DNA of 64,000 nt from Amoebidium appalachense (Eukaryota > Protista > Ichthyosporea): positions 5,968,259-6,032,258 of the forward strand of contig CAVNZM010000002.1 in NCBI GenBank assembly GCA_963693365.1, in the 5' to 3' direction. Of the stretch, positions 61,987 to 64,000 are shown in pieces. Under the pieces are notes generated by a model. That model saw only the letters and a list, made by a program, of their open reading frames with translations. It had not been told where the DNA came from and did no database searches. Numbering within the stretch: position 1 is the stretch's first letter; the number at the start of each line of letters is the position of its first letter. A program made the translations under genes and the position numbers.

Positions 61987-63091
61987 CACAATCACTTTAC
62001 CCTTTCTTCTAACAGCCGTGAAAAAAACAGAGCATGTTCTGCTCGTGCTTTCAAAAGTCACTTGCCCAAACACATGCAGTGTAAATACAACATACACCAC
62101 TCACCCATTCTTCGCTTTGAAGGTCTGTAGGCCTGGCCGAGGGTGATTTCATACAAACTAGCACACACGCACGTGTGTGCGTATGCAGGGTAGGGTAGCG
62201 CAGGGTTGCTCATGCATGCATGGCATAGTTGTGTAAACGCAGAATTGACTTGCACTTGCTCGCGCTATACACACTGGGAATGTGAGGCACAACACATGGT
62301 GCATATGCACACGTGCACATGTACGTAGATGCGACCTCCACACACAGCGCCACTTGCAGACGGGCACCCATAGGACAGTTCCCACAAATATCTCCCCATT
62401 CGTTCTGTTAACGTATGCAAAAGGCACACTGTCGACAAGGTTCTATGGCATTGCACGTGCGAGCACATGACATTATGCCCACCTCCCTCCCCCTGAAAAG
62501 CCATTAAAAACTAATTTATCATCAGCCTCGATGTGCACCGGGCTCTCTTTGATGCCCCAGCGATTAGCATCGGCAGTCTTGGTGATGAGCACTCGTTCAG
62601 AAACTAAATGGTCCCAGTCTATAGAGACACAGGCACACAAGAATGTCATTGCACACAAGTCAATTTGCATGCACACCTGCCAGTTTCACATGCACAGGTG
62701 CACGCGGGCTCATGCCACACATACACTCATACACGCACACACACACCACACACACACACACACACCACACACACACATACAATGTGCCATACACACATAC
62801 ACCATATACACGCGACCATAACACACGTACACGGCACACCCGCCCACACACAATCACCACCGTTCCCTTCACTTTTTTTGACAACGCACACGTGCAAGCA
62901 CACACAACCACACCGTAAAACGCACACAAACACACACACACAAACACACACACACACACACACAGGCACGCATATATAGGCCATGCTGGCACGCATAAAT
63001 TTTCAGCCAGACCATTCACATTAGTAGTAAGAGAGCAAATATAGACCGGAAAGGCACTGCACTGCCTGCAGTCGTTTCCCACCTGTGTGTG

Positions 63092-63194
<103 letters not shown>

Positions 63195-64000
63195 ATACTC
63201 ATACACAGGCACTGCACACGCACACACGTATGCACGCACACACTCGCGCGCACACAGACGAAGTTAATTAAAAAGATGGCTGTGTGCTGTGGCTGAAATT
63301 GTCAACGGCCATATTGCCCTTCTTCATTCTCCCCTTCTGATGAAATAAATCCCCCTGTTATTGCTCTCAACCGCCCGCCATTGCTCTCTTATACCGGCTC
63401 TTCGTTTGGTACACGCTAACCGTGTTTTGATCCACCAAGCGCTCTGAATTCGGCAGTATCTTCGTGTTTACCAACCCCTCTCCCTTTTCACCAACAAATT
63501 AACATGGCCTCCGCCTCCCTCCCCCCCCCCCCCCCCCCTCTCCCTCTCCAGGCCCCCTTGTTTCGGGCATAGCAGTAGCCCGTCCAGGTCGGCAGGCCAC
63601 CTCCCCCTCCCCATTCCTTCTCTCGTGCCTGTCATCCCCCACCGGGCTCACAGCGCACGTACGCAACGCCCAGCAGACACCCACGCAACACCACGGCACA
63701 GAGGCACAAAGACTCTTCAACAGCACTGGCATGGGCCATGCGGGCTACTGCCTGACTAACACCTGGCCCGGTGTGGGCCGATATTACTTCGACTGCAACC
63801 ACGAAATGTCCCATCTCACAGCAACAATAGACTATGCCGCCCTGACGGTAAGGCTGATTGGGCGCGTGGCCGGTTGCCTAGCAACGCACAGCGCACAGGA
63901 ATGCAGAGACCACGTGGCACGTGCAGGGCCATGTGAGGTCAGCATGGAGTACACACTCAGCGCACCTGGCCCGCACATAACGAGTGCACACAGGGGAGAG

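Overview
Intron-rich eukaryotic genomic DNA. Introns and intergenic spacers are saturated with poly-G/poly-C runs and (CA)n/(TG)n tracts, so most ORFs in the track are repeat artefacts. Manual splicing recovers five apparently intact genes: a type II membrane GH114 glycoside hydrolase with Cys-rich/EGF repeats (-), a 16-exon PIF1 helicase (-), an intronless CREB3-like membrane-anchored bZIP (+), an 11-exon RNF113/Cwc24 splicing factor (+) and a 3-exon mini PTTG1IP-like membrane protein (+). There is also a pseudogene combining a reprolysin-like metzincin protease with DM9 repeats (-). The 49-62 kb region is a mobile-element cluster: an LTR-less Ty3/Gypsy fragment flanked by a ~50 bp duplication, a TA-flanked MITE, a 2.7 kb element with a gag-like ORF plus tyrosine recombinase but no RT between ~190 bp TG...CA direct repeats, an internally deleted non-LTR element whose tail-less 3' end recurs three times in the window, and a second MITE-like fold-back. 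The gene set suggests a unicellular holozoan such as an ichthyosporean; this is inference only. Best novelty candidates are the RT-less YR element, (CA)n tracts replacing polypyrimidine tracts at 3' splice sites, and the tail-less non-LTR family. Family assignments come from recognised motifs, not database searches.
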